A stretch of 64,000 nt of DNA from Zootoca vivipara (GCF_963506605.1 NC_083283.1:39742001-39806000), one strand, 5' to 3'; positions 24,937 through 39,375 are shown, counted from the stretch's first letter. Program-made: numbers and translations. The notes: a model not told the origin generated them from the letters alone.

Positions 24937-25347
24937 CAGTGGAACCTCGGTTTATAAATTTCCGGTTTTCGAATGCCGCGGACCCATCTGGAACGGATTA
25001 ATTCACTTTCCATTACTTTCAAAGGGAAAGTTTGCTTCAGTTTATGAATGCTTCAGTTTATGAACAGACTTCCGGAACCAATTACACCCATGCTTCGGGT
25101 TAAGTACGCTTCAGGGTGAGTACTCCGCGGACCCATCTGGAACGGATTAATCCACTTTTCATTACTTTCAATGGGAAAGTTCGCTTCAGTTTATGAACAC
25201 TTCAGTTTAAGTACTCCGCGGACTGTCTGGAACAGATTAATCCACCTTCCATTACTTTCAATGGGAAAGTTCACTTCAGTTTATGAACGCTTCAGTTTAT
25301 GAACAGACTTCCAGAACCAATTGTGTTCATAAACCGAGGTACCACTG
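24937..25347. mobile_element. Tc1/mariner (Tigger/pogo-like) MITE with internal tandem repeats
   Basis: TA TSD; TIRs CAGTGGAACCTCGGTTTAT / ATAAACCGAGGTACCACTG; three internal copies of an ~85-90-bp unit. Confidence 0.9.
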
Positions 25348-28300
25348 TATTGAGCTTTCATTTGCTTGCACAAAGCTTATGTGGAGGGTAGGGCCCTCCA
25401 AACATTTATTTTTATTGCACATTCATGGTTATTTTTGCTCATGACGCTATTGGGATAGTAATAGGTGATCTTGCTTTCAACACTATCTGTGCCTGAAAAT
25501 TTGGGGTGGCCATACTGCTTCCTTTCCAATCAATAGCTTCGCTGCTGAAATCCTGTAACTTTCATATACCACAAACATTGCACAAGCGTTTTGTCCCACT
25601 TCTGTTGCACTATAGCCCCTCCAGATAGCAATAACATGATAGCATTTGGGAAACATCGCAGAACAATGAAGAAAGCAGAATAAATCCACCACTAATGCAC
25701 TATTGTGCCAAGAACATGTTACAGAATACACCTGCAATAAGGCACCAGTCCAGAGGGGCCCCTATGTCTACGTCCAGGCTTTATTGATCAGTCCTTCTGC
25801 TTTGCTTGTGGGGAGAGTGTATAACAATGAGCATTCATTCTGATTTGCCTGAAGTCTTCCCATTAATATTTTGTTTGTCCTGTACATTTCAGAGCATTTC
25901 TCTGTCACTTTCCAAATCACAAAAAGTCAATCTTTTGCTGCACTAGGACAACAGGGAGCATTTAATTGTGCAAACCTAAATTTCTGATATATGCTTGAAT
26001 CCCTTCCACAAAATGCTGAACGTCTGAAGGCAATTCTGGATGGACTAATGATCTGACTTAGCATCAGGCAGTGCCCTATGTTCATGTATTTACTAGCTTT
26101 CTTCAGCAGGGATTCTTGCAGCAAGTACCTGCTGCATCATCTATAGAGGAAAGAGGTGTTCTATCTGCCTTTGTAACTGGTGTCAGGGAGCTTTAACATG
26201 TCTGAGTATGTGGCTGGTGTTGTGTTTTGCTTGGCAAGGTGACCTGGAGCCTCAGATAGCATTTCATACAGAAACGGAGAGCTTAGTGCCCACTTTAAGA
26301 CAGTTGGACAAACGGCCCACCCTCACCTAAGCTACTTGACATCTGGCTCGCCAGCTAAGCTGAAAAGCATCTCATGACACTTACATGATTGGATGAGATC
26401 ATAATCATATGCTAGAAGCCATTAGCCCAGAACTGGAAAGCAAAACAGAGTGCATTATGTTGCCTGCAGAATGTACCCATTTAATAGAACTAACAGAGCA
26501 GACCAGGTTCAAACACCAGGGAACATCTGGCTAGTATTTACATCTCCTGTTTAATTTGGATGCTGGAGTTTAGTTTTCAAGATGGCAGTAGAGAAACAAA
26601 TTGAGCCCATCACTCTGTTGCAGTTTAGAAAAGCAAGCTCTGTTTATACTTTCTCATATTAATACCTCATCCACTTAGCCAGCAGGCCCCCTGAAAAATA
26701 TACCTCAATCACACAACTCCCCTTCAATAACAAAGCCGTAATTCAGCATAATGCTTTGTTGATGAGAAGAGAAAGGGATTCAAGTAAACTGCAAGTATCG
26801 GAATGATGGGACAAAGTTGGTCCATGGGAAACTGAACTGTAATGTTGCACAGTTTTATTGGCGCCTGTTGAGAAAGCCAGTGGAAAGCGTCAGGGGTCCA
26901 GCCCTGCTTCCGTGTGTTACGAATGTCAAAGGCATCAATGGAATACATTTTCACTTTTTAAAAATGATGTCTAATTTGGGGAAGGTGAGGGCTTTGTACT
27001 GAAACTGCCGTTTTGAGAAGCTTCTGAAGCTAGGAAAACCATGTCTAGATAGAATTTCATTAAAATCTAGCATCTGAAAGCAAAGTTGGCCATGTGACAG
27101 TACAATGAGCTAAGATCCAGGATGCTCGTGTTTATAAACAAATGGCAGCAGACTCAAAATATTACACAAGATTTCCATTCCTGATGCTACAACCCGTTAC
27201 AAATTCAAGAACCTGGGCAGGGGGAGTGCAAAATTGGGGCAAGACGTAGAACACAGAGAAAAATAATAATTCTATGCAATCGCTGAAACTGCTTATGTCA
27301 AGGCAAAGGACCAAGGACAAAGACAGAGCACTTCTCTCACGTAAGTAACTACAGAATACATGAAACTTATATTTGGCCAATGGTTCTGGGTCAGTGGTCA
27401 TGGCCGTCTAAGTCTGCCATCGGGTTTGCTTTAAATCAGGGGTGTGGGGCCTCAGACTGAGGGCTGATGCGGCCCTCTGGGCCTCTCCATCTGGCCTCCA
27501 GAACTCTCTCCAGTCACACCCCTCACTATCCCTGCTTCAACCCCAAATAGGTTTGCCCTGTCTGGATGTGTCCCTGTGCTCTGACAATGCCTCCTGCTTA
27601 CCTTGATGAAGGGTGTGAGACTGTGTGCAGAAACCAGCCTATTATATACACAGCTAACATTTACATTTGTTGCCCACCACATTGCCCTGGGAAGAAGGGA
27701 AGGTGTCTCTCAGGCTGGAAGGGATTCCCTGCCACAGCTTTAAAATGTGCAAAACCCATGTCTGCCTTCCTTCATTCTGGTATCAGATATTATAGACATG
27801 TCACCGCTAAAGCGTACATGCAATTTACACAAAGCAGATAGTGAGGTGGGGTATATATGCTCCAGCAGGGCAAAACTCCAGGCACTCAAGCTCCAGGTGC
27901 CCTGGTGTGTGGAAAAGGCTTGTCTCATCATTGGCTGCCTTCTGGAATCCCAGGCTGGAATCCCACTGGGCTGCCCTTGATTCTTCTGCCTGTGCTGCTG
28001 CTGTCAGTAGCACAGCCCATTGGATGGGGACTTGGAGAAGAAGAACTGCCTCCTGGCCACTTTGCTCCCATTCTTCCATTTTATGTCCTGCCACGCATTA
28101 TTAGCATAAGAGACCTACTACGCAACCAGCGTGTTGGCTTATTTAAGATATTTACATATATCCTACCAATTAATGCTAGTTCTCAAGATGGCATACCAAT
28201 ATGTGTGTGCATGAGTGCATGCACAACAACGCACGGTGCTGCCATGTTCAGTGCATTAGTGACACTGTGTTCTTTCTGAAATGAGCTGGGAGGAACTTGT

Positions 28301-31300
28301 CCATCACTTTAGGGAATTTGGACAGACACTGAAATATAGCTCCATACTAGAGGGGCTAATCTGTGATCCTTCAAAGGTTGTTGAACTCCCATTAGCCCCA
28401 GCCTGCATCATCCATGGTGAGGACTGATGAAATTCAGCAAAATCTAGAAGGCCAAAGCTTAGCCACTCTTAAGAACATAAGAAGACCCTGCAGGATCAGG
28501 CAATGGCCCATCTAGTCCAGCGTCCTGTTCTCACAGTGGCCAACCAGATGCCTTTATGAAACACAAAATCGGATCCGAGCACAAGGCCCCTCTCCCCTCC
28601 TGTGGTTTGCAGAAACTGGTATTTCAAAGCACTGCTGCTTTCAAATGGGAAGGCAGAGTATAGCCATCATGATGAGTAGCTTTTGATAGCCCTCTAGTCC
28701 ATACTCTCCAGCAATTGCCTAAAATGGTGTTGAGGTTACGCTTTTCTAGTATCTCCCCCACAGAGATAATAGTGAAATGGGAAATTTGATGAGAAATGTT
28801 ATTAAACATATTCTCCCTATCCCCAATCATTTGAAATAAATATTAGGACAGGACAAATAATATAGGCTATATCATAATATGTAAGCAGGCCTTTACAAAT
28901 CAGCATGCCAACTCAGGTTTTTTTCTTGTGCATTCATGTTTATGTGGGCTCATGATGGTATTGGGATGGTTATATGTGATCCCACATTCAACACTATTTG
29001 CACCTGGAAATGTTTTGGGCTGGACATACCGCTTCATTTCCAGTCAGTGCATGTCCCATATTGTAGCTTCCTGTTGAAATTCCAAAACGTTTTAAGCTGC
29101 AAATGTTCCCAAAGGTGTCTCACTTTTGTTGCATTATCATGTCCCCTCACAACTGCAAAAATGTGATACCACAGAGGATGCACGGTAGAACAATGAATAA
29201 AGTAAAATGATGTGTGTGGACAGTCCAGTACAAACCCACCCCTAATGCCCCTTTAGTGCGTCAGTGACATGTTTCAAAAAACACCTGCCAAAAAAACCCC
29301 ATCAGTCTGGTGTGGCCTTTAGACTTCTGTATGTACCTTTCAAGGCTGTACCACAATTTTACTATGAAAGATAGAAGCGACAGTTTTAAAAAAGGTACCT
29401 CTCACTTAACCGGTTTCTTAAAACTTTCCTTTAATTTCTGGGCCTCATGAGCGCAAGAGGAGGAATAAATCTTTACAGGCTCTTCCTTCACTAAAATGGC
29501 ACTGGGATTACCTAGACATCCTGCCTATAAGGTTTGACACTTAATGTGCTTAACTGATGGGAGGAAAATCATTAATGGCGAACCTGGTGGATGTATTTGT
29601 TTTGGACTGAGTCTTGGGGGTTGATGCATCCAGGCTCTAACTGTTACCTGCTGCACACTCTTGACAAAGAGGCAAGGTGCTGCATGCTCTGTGTCAGAGT
29701 GACTAACAAGCCCTCTTGTCTAGGCTTGAGCGTTCATACCTGCTTGCAGCTCCTTACATACTTTTGGCTCCCCCCACCTCACCAGCCTTCCATTAGAGCC
29801 TTCTGACAGAGGTTCTCGGAGAAACAGGATGCCAGTTGGAGAATCAGCAGGAAACAAAGCCTGCTCAGAGAAGATAGCAGCCTCAGGGCCGTCTAATTAC
29901 AAGTCCCTGCGCTGCTTGAAGTTACTCAGCTGACATGCCTGAACTGTGCAAAGACCTTCAAGTGAACTGTTATACAAAGCTCAATGTATCACATGGTTGT
30001 GAAGCAGCTGCTAAGTCTCATTGTAAATGAGGCACAGAGATGATAAGTCACATACCCTCCTGCTCAAGGGGAGGGGAGGAACCTTCCTTAGGCTGTGGTG
30101 CTGGAGACTGGGATGGAGCTTGGGAGGTGGAGAGGAAGTCAGAATTGGGACACGAGGAAAGAGCTAGGGAAAGATGTTCTAGACTAGAAGCCTACTTTCT
30201 CTATGTCCCCGTCTGTTTGTGCCAAGGGATTTGTTTGATGCATTTAGGTTCTTTCAGTAACGTCCCCAAAGCTTGGCCTTTAAACAAAAACAGAAAGAGG
30301 GCTTTGCATGCAAGCTAATGGAGACCAAAATAATGAGTTAGGTATGTTTTCCCTGCTTCTCTTTTTCACCAAGCTAGTTGATAAACAAATATTCTTAGAG
30401 AGAGCATGTTGGAAAATCAGCCTTAATGCAAACAACACTCGAAAGCAGGAAGATTAGCCAGAAAATGCAGCATGATTAGAGAATGGACTCCTTTTATCAT
30501 GGGGTAAACAGAGTGGCACAAAGGAACAAATATGCTATTGAATATCATTTTAAAAACAGACTGAAGTGATGTTTTTTACTCTAAATGCAACTCTGGCTGC
30601 TTTGTGGGCTTTTGTACATCTGTAAAGGATACATGTGTAATGCAGAATTCTCTTTGCATACTTCTGAGATGCCTTTAAAAATTGGAAGTCAAGTTACTCC
30701 ACTGCAGGATATTGTAATATCCTCATTGTCACCATAGCAATTATTGTTTAAATAAATAAATAAATAACAATAGAGTGCAATGGGTGCATACAGAGACCCA
30801 TCTCAGCATACCCGTTTCTCCAAAATAAATTTAAAAATAGTGGATCATCTCAAAATTTACAGCCTAATCTGATGTATGTTTCACTGGAAGAAAGTTTAAT
30901 AGGGCTTGCAGCATTCACCAAATATTTTCAGAGTGATTTAGCACTGCATGCATTCAGGGGACCACACTGCTTTTGAAAAATCTACTTACAGGACTCATTA
31001 AACCTCTCCCTTTACAAGAGAGCAGCTATCAAGAAGCCATCAAATGGCTCACATTCCTAACAAGTGGATTGGGTGACTTCCCCTTTCATAAGTTTGGCTT
31101 TGGAAATATATTTTAGCAGGAGGTGGAGAGGAAACAGAGAAATGATCTATCGTCCTAAAGACTCTGGAAATATATGCTATCCTTGCACAGGTACAGCATC
31201 GGGATATCTCACTCCAATATTGCAGCAATTTTATGGTAGCGGTTAAACTGGATAAATCTTTAGGTTGAAAGAATATGGAAAATTGTTCAGAGAATATGAG

Positions 31301-33789
31301 ATATGTGCTAAGAAAATACATCTATCGCCTCCTGCATTCCCTTGCAAGACCTAAGATTAGCCTACAGCATTTCCTTACTAGTATCATCTATGTACCGTGT
31401 TTCAGCATCAATTTATAGAGATGTTCAGAGTGGCTGCCCCACAATTATGGTCAGACCACTTTTCCTTTGGAAGCTCATGAAAGCCAGAGCTTGAACATCT
31501 TTCTGAAGCCACATGAAGTCTTTTTTTAAACTCCTGGGATTGGCTTCAGGCAGGGGCAGATCTACTATGAAGCGAATGAAGGTTAAGCTTCAGGACCTCT
31601 AATCCTGGAGGGACCCCAGAAGTGATTTTGGGGTCTATTAGACCCAATAGGTGCTGCACAACTCAAATTGATTAATTATTTGTTGTATATATCAACAATC
31701 CCAAAGTATGAGAAGAAGAAGCACAGATTCTTCCTTTGAGAAGCTCAGAGCAGATTATGTGGGGCTCCCAGGCACAGGCCACAGAAGGCCAACTAAAGCT
31801 TTCTTTATTTGCAGAAGCCTTCGTAGGATGCTGTGCTGCTTTCCAGCTGTACTGCTTTACTTTTAAGTTCCTTATCAATACTGGACATAAATCTATATAA
31901 ACTCCCATCAGCCATAGCCAGCATAGCTAATGGTAAGGGACTTGTAGGTCAACAGCATCTGGAGGGCTGTCAATTAGCCACTCCTGGTTTAAGATGTTGT
32001 ATTGCTAATACAGCCATGCAAATCTATGCTTTCGATTATATTCAAGATCACACCTAAACCAGGCTTGACTATTCATTCAGGTTAAAAACCAGAGTAAGTC
32101 AAAGTGGCTTTAATTACTTGTTCCATAGGGTTCTTGACCTGCTACAGCACCTCAGAATATCATGCAAACTAGTGTTAGCCAACACTAGAACACTCTGTCT
32201 GGGTCACGTAGCCTCATCACATCCTTATGCAAAATAAATTTTGTCTTCCACTGGAGAAGATCCCTGTGTTTAATTATCTCACTCTTGCCTTGTGTTTATT
32301 TTACAGTGCTTGTTTTAATCTTAAGGATGCCATGGAACAAAGCTTTGGTTCTGATAGTAGCACCATATGGGAGCAGCTGCTTGGGGTTAGATGGTGTGCT
32401 GATCACGAAATGAGTTACATCTTCCTTTAAATGGAACAGCTTTTATGCTTTGCTCTTAAACCTGAAGTCAAGTCAGTACAAAATGATAATAAACATGTCT
32501 GGAGAGATGTCTCCAGCTCAAAGCTGTCCGTGAACTCTGCTCCTATTCCGTTTCCATTTCCTAAGACAGAATGTTGGCATCTTCCAAAGAATGGCTTTAA
32601 TGCAAAAGAACTACTGTCAGTTTTCAACAGTCTTTTCCTTTTGCAAATGTCGAGGGGTTTCATATACATCCAAAAAATTGTTAAATTAACTGGTAAATTG
32701 CATGGATCTGCCCATGTATTTCACTAAAAACCTAAATATGAAACAAAAGTGAATGTCAAGGCCATGATCTGTCCTCATTGCAAGCATAGCACAGACTGGG
32801 TTCCCTTCAGTCTGAATTTAATGCTCAGTAGGGCATTATGGAGAATGAGATGTTTGTGTGCTCTTCCAGCGACCTCCTTCAGCTCTGGAAAGAATGGAAA
32901 CAGGGCTTTACTATATGGAACAACATGCAGGTCCTGGACCTACAAGAGGGGTTGGATCAGGTTCCAGTTCTTTCTAGAGTTGGTGTCATTCTATTTGTCA
33001 CATAAATTCTTAAAAAATGAAACAGGAGTGCACATTTTTAAGATGGAAAAATAGTGCTTGCTTTAAGAAATTGAATATTTATTTTATTTTATTTTATTGC
33101 TATGGCAGCCACTGGTGCTGATTTTGGACATATTCTGTGTGATCAAGTTGTTTCGCATGCTAAGAAGTAGACAAATGCTGCAACTCCCATGAAGAGCAAC
33201 ACCATAAACATGCATCAGTCAGCACCCTAAATGTTAGGGTGGTAATACAAAAAGAAGGCAGGAAAGTGTGCTGAGTAAAGTTACAATAATAGCCCCGGGG
33301 TTATGCAGTAAAACAAAATGGAAAATCAGAATCTGGGTTTGTCCTGAAGCAAACACACAAGCTCTTCACCACATCTTCAGAAAGGGGGGTGGCGGAGTCA
33401 AAAGCACACCCTAATATCTCAAAACGTTCGTGTGAACTGGACCTCACTTGCACCAGTGCAGATAAAGGATGGCTACAGGAAACAGCTTTCAAAAATCAGG
33501 CACCAAAGGAGGATTAGGTACATTTTCACAACATTATTTTAAGCCTGTCAGTGGCATAAACAGGAAACTGGATGTTAGTCGCAAATTCATTTCTCCTTTG
33601 TGGAATCATACAGTGTGCCAGATAGTAAAAGCAAGGGAAAGTTTACATACGCTACATTACCATAACCATGTTGCTTCGTATCATTAAAATAGAAATAAAC
33701 TTTAGATGGAATGCAAACTAACCTACTGCATCAAGAAGTTAATACTAGTCTTTGTAACACGGTAACATAATTTGCTAATGCACCAACTA

Positions 33790-34143
33790 GGTAAAGGTAA
33801 AGGGGCCCCTGACCATCAGGTCCAGTCGTGTCCGACTCTGGGGTTGTGGCGCTCATCTCGCTCTATAGGCCGAGGGAGCCGGCGTTTGTCCGCAGACAGC
33901 TTCCAGGTCATGTGGTCAGCATGACATAGCTGCTTCTGGTGAACCAGAGCAGTGCACGGAAACGCCGTTTACCTTCCCGCCGGAGCGGTCCCTATTTATC
34001 TACTTGCACTTTGACGTGCTTTCGAACTGCTAGGTGGGCAGGAGCTGGGACCGAGCAACAAGAGCTCACCCCGTTGCAGGGATTCGAACCGCCAACCTTC
34101 TGATCAGCAAGCCCTAGACTCTGCGGTTTAACTCACAGCACCA
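33790..34143 (-). mobile_element. Sauria SINE
   Basis: On -: tRNA-like head with B box GGTTCGAATCC (34080-34090), typical body (+ strand CATGTGGTCAGCATGAC, AACGCCGTTTACCTTCCCGCCG), BovB-related 3' end and (ACCTTT)n tail. Confidence 0.9.
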
Positions 34144-34625
34144 TTTTTAAAAGTGATTTAGTAGTTAGGAACAAATGAAAGTAGCTGGAATTTATCCAAA
34201 CTGGTGAGGGTCTGGAAAACCAACAAGGAATGCTGAAAAGAGTTGGGCTTCTTTACCCCAGATTAAAGTGGGGACATTATGATGGTCTATCTGAAGGGTT
34301 GCCATACAGGCTCTTCCCTCCTTTCATCTCTTCTGGCAGGTTCCATTCTGCCTTGAAAATAATATATGATTCCCACAAATTCAAGCAGTTTACTACAATG
34401 TGCCTAGAACTGCTTGAATGTCCCAACAACTCTCTGCTAACTTAGACAATTCACTCATGTTACCCGATACACTGCACAATGTGATATAATGTAAGATTGC
34501 ATTGCATAATTACAAACAAAAATGCATTTGTTACAATAAACTGTCACAGGTGTTCCTTTTTGTAGGAAAAGTGTCCCTTCCTCTGAGAATAATCCTCAGG
34601 GAGGGAGGAACAAAAAAGCTGAAGG

Positions 34626-34810
34626 CAGGGCCGTCTTAAGCATATCGGGCGCCCGGGTGCCGTGGTGCGATGATTGCTCCGGCACCCCACCCCGTTTCTC
34701 ACCGCGGCGGGCGCAGCGCTGCTGCAGCAGGCGCAGCCGCGCGGCACCCCCCTGGCAGCCCGGCGCCCTGGTGCCCTGTGCCACCCGGGCTTGCCTTAGA
34801 GCCGGCCCTG
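34626..34810. mobile_element. GC-rich hAT-type MITE (CAGGGCC termini) inserted in an L2-like tail
   Basis: CAGGGCCGTCTTAAG ... CTTAGAGCCGGCCCTG; 8-bp TSD GCTGAAGG (34618-34625, 34811-34818). Confidence 0.9.
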
Positions 34811-34868
34811 GCTGAAGGCAGCCCTGTGCCACCCGGGCTTGCCTTAGAGCCGGCCCTGGCTGAAGGCA

Positions 34869-35001
34869 GCCCTGTTTAGGGAAGCTTTTAATATTTCATT
34901 AATTATTGTCTTTTTAAAAATTGTTGGAAGGTGCCCAGAGTGGCTGGGGAAACCCAGCCAGATGGGCAGGGTATAAATAATAAATTATTGTTGTTATTAT
35001 T
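34869..35001 (+). mobile_element. L2-like LINE 3' tail
   Basis: GCCCTGTTTAGGGAAG...CCCAGAGTGGCTGGGGAAACCCAGCCAGATGGG...TATAAATAATAA, matching 49350-49513. Confidence 0.75.
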
Positions 35002-38000
35002 AACCATTTGCACCCAACAGAGTTCTGATCCATATCGTGGACCTACATGCTATTTGCAGTGGGAGGGAAATGTCATTTGGAAAGCCAATGGGCATTTCTT
35101 CCATGTCTTCCCCCTAAAATTGCTATACCAAGTTTGCCCCACTATAAGTTGCTCTGATGCAATAGAAGGCCAAAAATTAGCCTGGAGGATTCAGTAACAA
35201 ATATCAGATAATCAGTTGTTTGTTGAAACATCATCCGTAATGAAGCGCATCATGCTTTCTGGGTGTGGACATCTACTAGCCTGAATACCATTTGCTAAGA
35301 ACAAACCTCTATTATTCCAATTTTGCATCCCGTGGTTCTCATAAATAGCCATTTTGGGCAGGGTTTCCAACTGCCAAACCTACACGGAGTCAGATTGTTT
35401 AATTAAAGTAGTTGATCAAAAAAGCTTCCTTTTTGAAAGAAAAGTGTCATTGCAACACATAAAGCAATGACTTGGTGGCCTTCTGTCTAAATACTAGATT
35501 ATTTTCATTCTGTTTCTGTGAGCTGGTTAACAGATCCCCTGCCTGTCTCAGAGTGTCAATGTAAACAAGTAAATGCAACATGTAACATGGGTGCTGGCGG
35601 TCATTGACTGGCAGCACTTTCTGTGGTCTTGGAGATTGGGGAAAGTATATTCAGGACTACAGAAGTTGCTACTTGACAATGACTCCAATAATTGTGGCCT
35701 CCCAACTCACAATGCAGTTCTTGCCTTGACAGAATGAGAGACTTTGTTGGATTCCGCCCACAAGCAGTAATAGCAGTGGTAGCGGTGGCAATAATAGTAG
35801 TAAATATATAATAATTTCATTTGTGCATCGCTTCCCATGAGGCAACTGTTTGAGAGTAGTTGGTGTAGTGTTCATTTGGAACATCCAGGGCTACTCACAT
35901 TAGCAAGGTATTGCCTAAACATCACTTGGTTCAGATGTAGGTCAGCCTACAAGAAGCAAAGTCAGTGCAGTGCAGTCAGGAAAACAGCATACAATTCAGC
36001 AACAATTCCTGGCAGGTCTTGCCTTTATAGAGCAGTTGCCAGGGCTGAGGCTCCTTTCCTTCTACCTCTGCTAAGGCTTCTCCCCTGTTAGACGTCTCCC
36101 ACAGCTTCAAACTGCATCTGGGCACCTGTGCTCTCTGTTCTGTTCTACACATCAGCCTGAATGTCCTTGGAGACAAGTGGGGATGAAAGCTTGTTGCAGT
36201 AGGAGAAGCAAACTCCTGGGATTCTTCTGCAGCCTCTTACCCCTTCCTCCTCTGCTTCAGTATCTGAGTATGAACTGCTCCCTGTCACAGGCTCTCCTTG
36301 CTCACTAAATCCTCTTCAGCATCCAACAACTCCCCCTACTCTTCTCCCTCTGACCTCTCCTTGCTGTCCCACCACCAATCTCCTGGCTCTGAGCCTTCCT
36401 CCTTTGGGGTTTCCTTGGCTGGTACCTCCCATCACTCCTGGTCATCCAGCCAGTCCCTGAGACTTGAAGCAAATACTATGTTCAACTGGTGACCATTTGA
36501 GACAGCCTCGTGGTTTTCATAGAAGCCATGAAGTTGGCCCAATAGCAGCCTCCACATGAACATTAAAGAAAACACAGGACTACTGTTCTGGGGTTCCAAC
36601 ACCCAGGAAAACACTGGGCACCAGGGTGGTCAGTGCACCAGCAGCATCCCCATTCTGGCCCAACACCAAATACAAATCCTCTAAGCCTGTCTCAAGATCA
36701 AGAAGTTTTCCAGTAGATGTGACTCCCATGGACAATGGTGACACTCCATCTGACCTTCTGGTATGGCCTGGTGTTGCACCAAGTACCTGGGTGGGCCAAG
36801 TACCTAAGTTAGGCCAGGTCAGGCTTGTACCTACATCAGTGTTCAAGTTGTTGATTAGCATGGTGTTATTGCAGACCAATCTGGCATTAGGTAGTAGCAC
36901 TGCCAGACCAGAGGGCTCAGCTGATAAACAGCCAGAGACTTCTGGAGGAGTGGAGTGAGGTGGTGGCTATTTCACTGGTGTAATGTCTATCTCTCAGCCA
37001 CCAAACAGAACTAGTGTGTAAGATCGTTCAGCAAACCATTTTAGCCATCTGTAAAACTCAACACTCTAAAGAGAACAGGAAACTTCCTCAGTACTCTGTG
37101 GAACCTGGTCCTCCTTACAGTGACTGACTTAGCTGCCAAGGTTTTGCATGGGAAACTAATTACAGCCTCCTATCATAGGAGGAAGCAGCTGAGTATAATA
37201 AGTGAAGTTTTTTTCCCCTTCTATCCAAAGAAAAGTGCTTGTCTAGTTTAACAGCCTTTTTCAGGCTGGGTCAAACATTTAAATTCTTCTTTCACTAGCA
37301 AATGTTTTGTGATACATAATGCTAATTAAGACTTCCTCCTCTACAGAAGCTTGCTCCTTGGCTGCCAATCAATTATGCAGATAAGGTGGTACATCCACTC
37401 CTGCAAATGAATGCAATATTTTGAGCCTTGTCAAAGTCTTCTACCAACAGAAGTGAAAGCCTGAATGTTCAAGATGGGGGCTGGAGTTCGAAACAGGTGG
37501 AGGGCACCAGTTTGGGGAAATCTGCACAATTGTATAAAATTTGTGAGCCACAATCCAACAGAGAGGTAAGCTTCCCAAAGACCACTGAAATCAAGGCTCT
37601 TGCACAAGTGAGTACCAACTAAGGAGAAATGGCTTCAACAGTTAATGGACTATGTGGAAATGGTGAAACTGACAGCAAAAACAAGAGATAAAAGAGACAA
37701 ACTGTTTATGGAAGAGTGGAGACCCTTTTTGAACTATCTGAAGAACTGTTATAGTCAAATGAGAATGCAGCAGGGTTCAAATTATGAGCAGCAGAATGAA
37801 AACATTGATAAGTGAAACAGAGTATAAGTGTATTAGATTAAAGTATGTCATATAAAGCTGGAGGTATAAGGTGGGAATAAAAAGATCATGGAAGTAAGGG
37901 TGGGAAGTCAAAATTTTAAGAAAAACGTTTATTGAAAGTAAAACTTTTGAAAATCCATTAAAAAAATTACCCATGCAGGAGCAATCCATGCAACTGCCCC

Positions 38001-39300
38001 AGGTCCAGTCAACATGCATCTTAGAAGCCAGTGCAATGCGGGCCCCAAATTAAGTGGAGATTTTCTTTCTAAATGGTTGGCTCTTTTGAGAGGCTGATTC
38101 CAGGAAGTCGTCTCTGTTGATCCTACTCTCCTAAGGTGGCTTTCCCTCCATCTGGGTTATAAAAACAAAAGGTAGATGAGATAGAGCCTTTCAATATGGG
38201 CCAATAAATGCCAGCTAAGGTGAGCTAGCAGCAGGTTAAGACTCCCGTTTGGATTTTGCAACTCAGCAGAGCATTTTTATATCTCCCTTGGCGTTTTGAT
38301 TCATTTCTAATTTACTCATTCATGCCCTTCTGTTGAAAATTATATGAATTAAAACTACTATGGAGGATATTAAAAAAAAACAGCTTGGCAAAGCTTCCAC
38401 TCTGCAAACCCCATGGCAGCAGTGCATCATCATTACAAATGTTCCTGCAAAACTTGCCACAAGATACATGCCTAGCAGTTGAATTCAGGCTCTTTCATGT
38501 TGTGACTTAACAGTTTAATTACACTGAAGAGTTCCATACATGAAAGAAAATGCCACGTGAACTGTACCAGGTAGGCTAGTAAAAAGAAAGAGAAAAATAA
38601 TTTTGATCATAGGAATATTCACTGGCTTTGCAATGTATCTGACAGATTGAGAGAACTGAGCAGTGGAAGTAACTCTCAAGGATTGTTCCAAATTCAAGTA
38701 ACAACAACAAAAAGAAAATCTTGCTGTAATTTATCTCTCCAAAACTAGAGGCTGAATTTGCATATAGCGTCTTCTTCCTCCTCTTTCATTTTATATCCGA
38801 AAGATTTATGAAATCCACAGTGATGTCACCTCTGTGCAGGGCCTTCAGCACAGGGCCTGAAGAATTTATGATGGATCATGGAGGAAGAATTGTAGCCCTG
38901 ACCTATGACGAGCCACCAACCAGAACCAACCAAGTGACAAGATGACAGTGCCTGCTCTTCAGACGATAATGCATATTATTGCGCATCAAAATCTGTCAAA
39001 CCAGCCATGCTGCATTGGGGAGCCTCGTGCTCATTCTGTTGAGTGGGGTCTTGGACTTCAGCCCTCAGAGTCATCCTCCCCCGATGGCACCACACAGAAG
39101 AAAGAGAAATCTGCACTGTTTCTATGCAGTTGCTGGCACTGAACACTATTCTCAATGATGGTGCAAGAGTCAACCATTAAAACAGTGTTTCCCCAATTAC
39201 GTTGCAGGAGCTAATTCTGCTTAGTGCAAGGCAAAGGGTGCATGGTTTGAAAAAGGCAGGACCATCACTGACATTGTGTGCAGAGATGAGCAACATTCCT

Positions 39301-39307
39301 ACACACA

Positions 39308-39372
<65 letters not shown>
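39301..39372. repeat. Compound (AC)n(AG)n microsatellite
   Basis: Visible in the sequence. Confidence 0.95.

Positions 39373-39375
<3 letters not shown>

Noticed and set aside
24975-25310. CRISPR-like repeat array
   Set aside because: Vertebrate DNA; units are long tandem repeats without unique spacers, inside a TIR element, with no cas genes.
34040-34143. tRNA gene (also 2549-2620 and 51700-51770)
   Set aside because: tRNA-derived SINE heads or degenerate remnants with no complete cloverleaf.
36580-36958. ~110-aa overlapping ORFs on both strands
   Set aside because: No recognisable domain or convincing splice context; adjacent to decayed repeat sequence.
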